Source: Gemella haemolysans
GTDB lineage: Bacteria; Bacillota; Bacilli; Staphylococcales; Gemellaceae
Reading direction: 5' to 3' (one strand)
Assembly: GCF_032567735.1 (NCBI RefSeq)
Contig: NZ_JAWHCX010000011.1
Length of the DNA: 64,000 nt
The notes under the pieces are model-generated. The model ran no database searches. It saw only the letters and a program-made list of their open reading frames with translations, and was not told where the DNA came from. Each line of letters starts with the position of its first letter. Position 1 is the stretch's first letter. Position numbers and translations under genes: made by a program. Below are positions 63,660 to 64,000 of this stretch, in pieces.

Positions 63660-64000
63660 ATGAGTAAAGTTTCAGGTAAGGTAACAAAGGTTGAAAGTAA
63701 AGGTCTGTACATAAAACTAGAAAATGGTAAAGATGCATTTTTACCAAAAGAAAATATGTTTATAGGTAAAAAGAAAAAGTTAGAGGAGATTTTTTCTGTC
63801 GGTTTTGTTATTAAAGCTGAGGAGAAAAGTACAAAGGATTCTCTAGTGATCTTAACACAAAAAGAGCTAAAACAAGTCGAAGGTGAGAAGAAAAAAGTAG
63901 AGAAAAACTCAAAAGAAAAACAGAATAAAAAGAAAAATAAATCAAAGCCACCGATCAAAAAAGAAGTTAAAGAACAACCAGAGGTTCTGAAAAAACAAGA
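63660..64000 (+). CDS. S1-like RNA-binding-domain protein with a Lys-rich tail (5' part; runs off the right edge)
   Basis: ATG 63660 lies 4 nt after GAGGTGA. MSKVSGKVTKVESKGLYIKLENGKDAFLPKENM... has an S1/OB-like pattern and the frame is open to the window end. The minus ORF 63488-63958 is its shadow. Confidence 0.45.
   Translation, partial: MSKVSGKVTKVESKGLYIKLENGKDAFLPKENMFIGKKKKLEEIFSVGFVIKAEEKSTKDSLVILTQKELKQVEGEKKKVEKNSKEKQNKKKNKSKPPIKKEVKEQPEVLKKQ

Noticed and set aside
63488-63958. A 156-aa minus-strand ORF rich in Phe/Ser.
   Set aside because: It is the antisense shadow of the Lys/Glu-rich S1-like gene starting at 63660, which has a proper RBS. The product is low complexity.
1-64000. 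I searched by eye for rRNA, tRNA, tmRNA, RNase P, SRP RNA, T-box leaders, CRISPR arrays, IS elements, integrases and known defence genes.
   Set aside because: None of the signature strings I know for these were seen (e.g. GGTTCGAATCC T-loops, T-box AGGGTGGTACCGCG, the RNase P GAGGAAAGTCC block, DDE transposase ORFs). A covariance-model or HMM scan would be needed to exclude them rigorously.

Overview
AT-rich chromosomal segment from a low-GC Firmicute of class Bacilli. Species cannot be assigned without a database search. The evidence for the class is WalRK with YycH/YycI, a FemAB-type transferase, mevalonate-pathway genes, CdaA-CdaR and an Opp system, which looks like Gemella/Staphylococcus-grade Bacillales. 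There are about 55 protein genes, nearly all housekeeping: a partial YhgE/Pip repeat protein, walRKHI, dps, yidD, a rhodanese lipoprotein and ferrochelatase. These are followed by ribU behind an FMN riboswitch, glmS behind a glmS ribozyme, a PadR-DUF2812x2-ABC exporter operon, an APC permease, an orphan trpB and walJ. The rest are oppDFBC plus two oppA paralogues, EamA, an EEP-family protein, a DAACS symporter, an RclA-like oxidoreductase, yjdM, FemAB, sodA, mvaS-mvaA, csbD, thiolase, ung, proC, pepF, cdaA-cdaR and a CapD-like dehydratase. I found no rRNA, tRNA, CRISPR array, transposase, integrase or recognisable phage or defence gene, so I do not claim a novel multi-gene protein system. What ordinary annotation does not explain lies at the RNA and repeat level. 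(1) The glmS ribozyme sits about 530 nt from its ORF; the spacer holds 2.5 tandem copies of a two-hairpin module whose stems differ by compensatory changes. (2) One of those hairpins recurs, in the opposite orientation and again with compensatory changes, inside a 663-bp insert. That insert is bracketed by perfect 60-nt direct repeats that duplicate the trpB 3' end and terminator, and it carries a 34-codon hydrophobic toxin-like ORF. (3) A 15-codon leader ORF with two Trp codons plus a terminator precedes the orphan trpB. (4) A ~170-nt multi-hairpin, TIR-bearing MITE-like repeat occurs four times plus one fragment between 37 and 61 kb. (5) An A9 tract puts the lipoprotein signal peptide of the rhodanese gene out of frame. 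(6) A 142-nt cloverleaf-like element lies between two terminators. All coordinates of non-ORF features were hand-derived and may be off by 1-2 nt.
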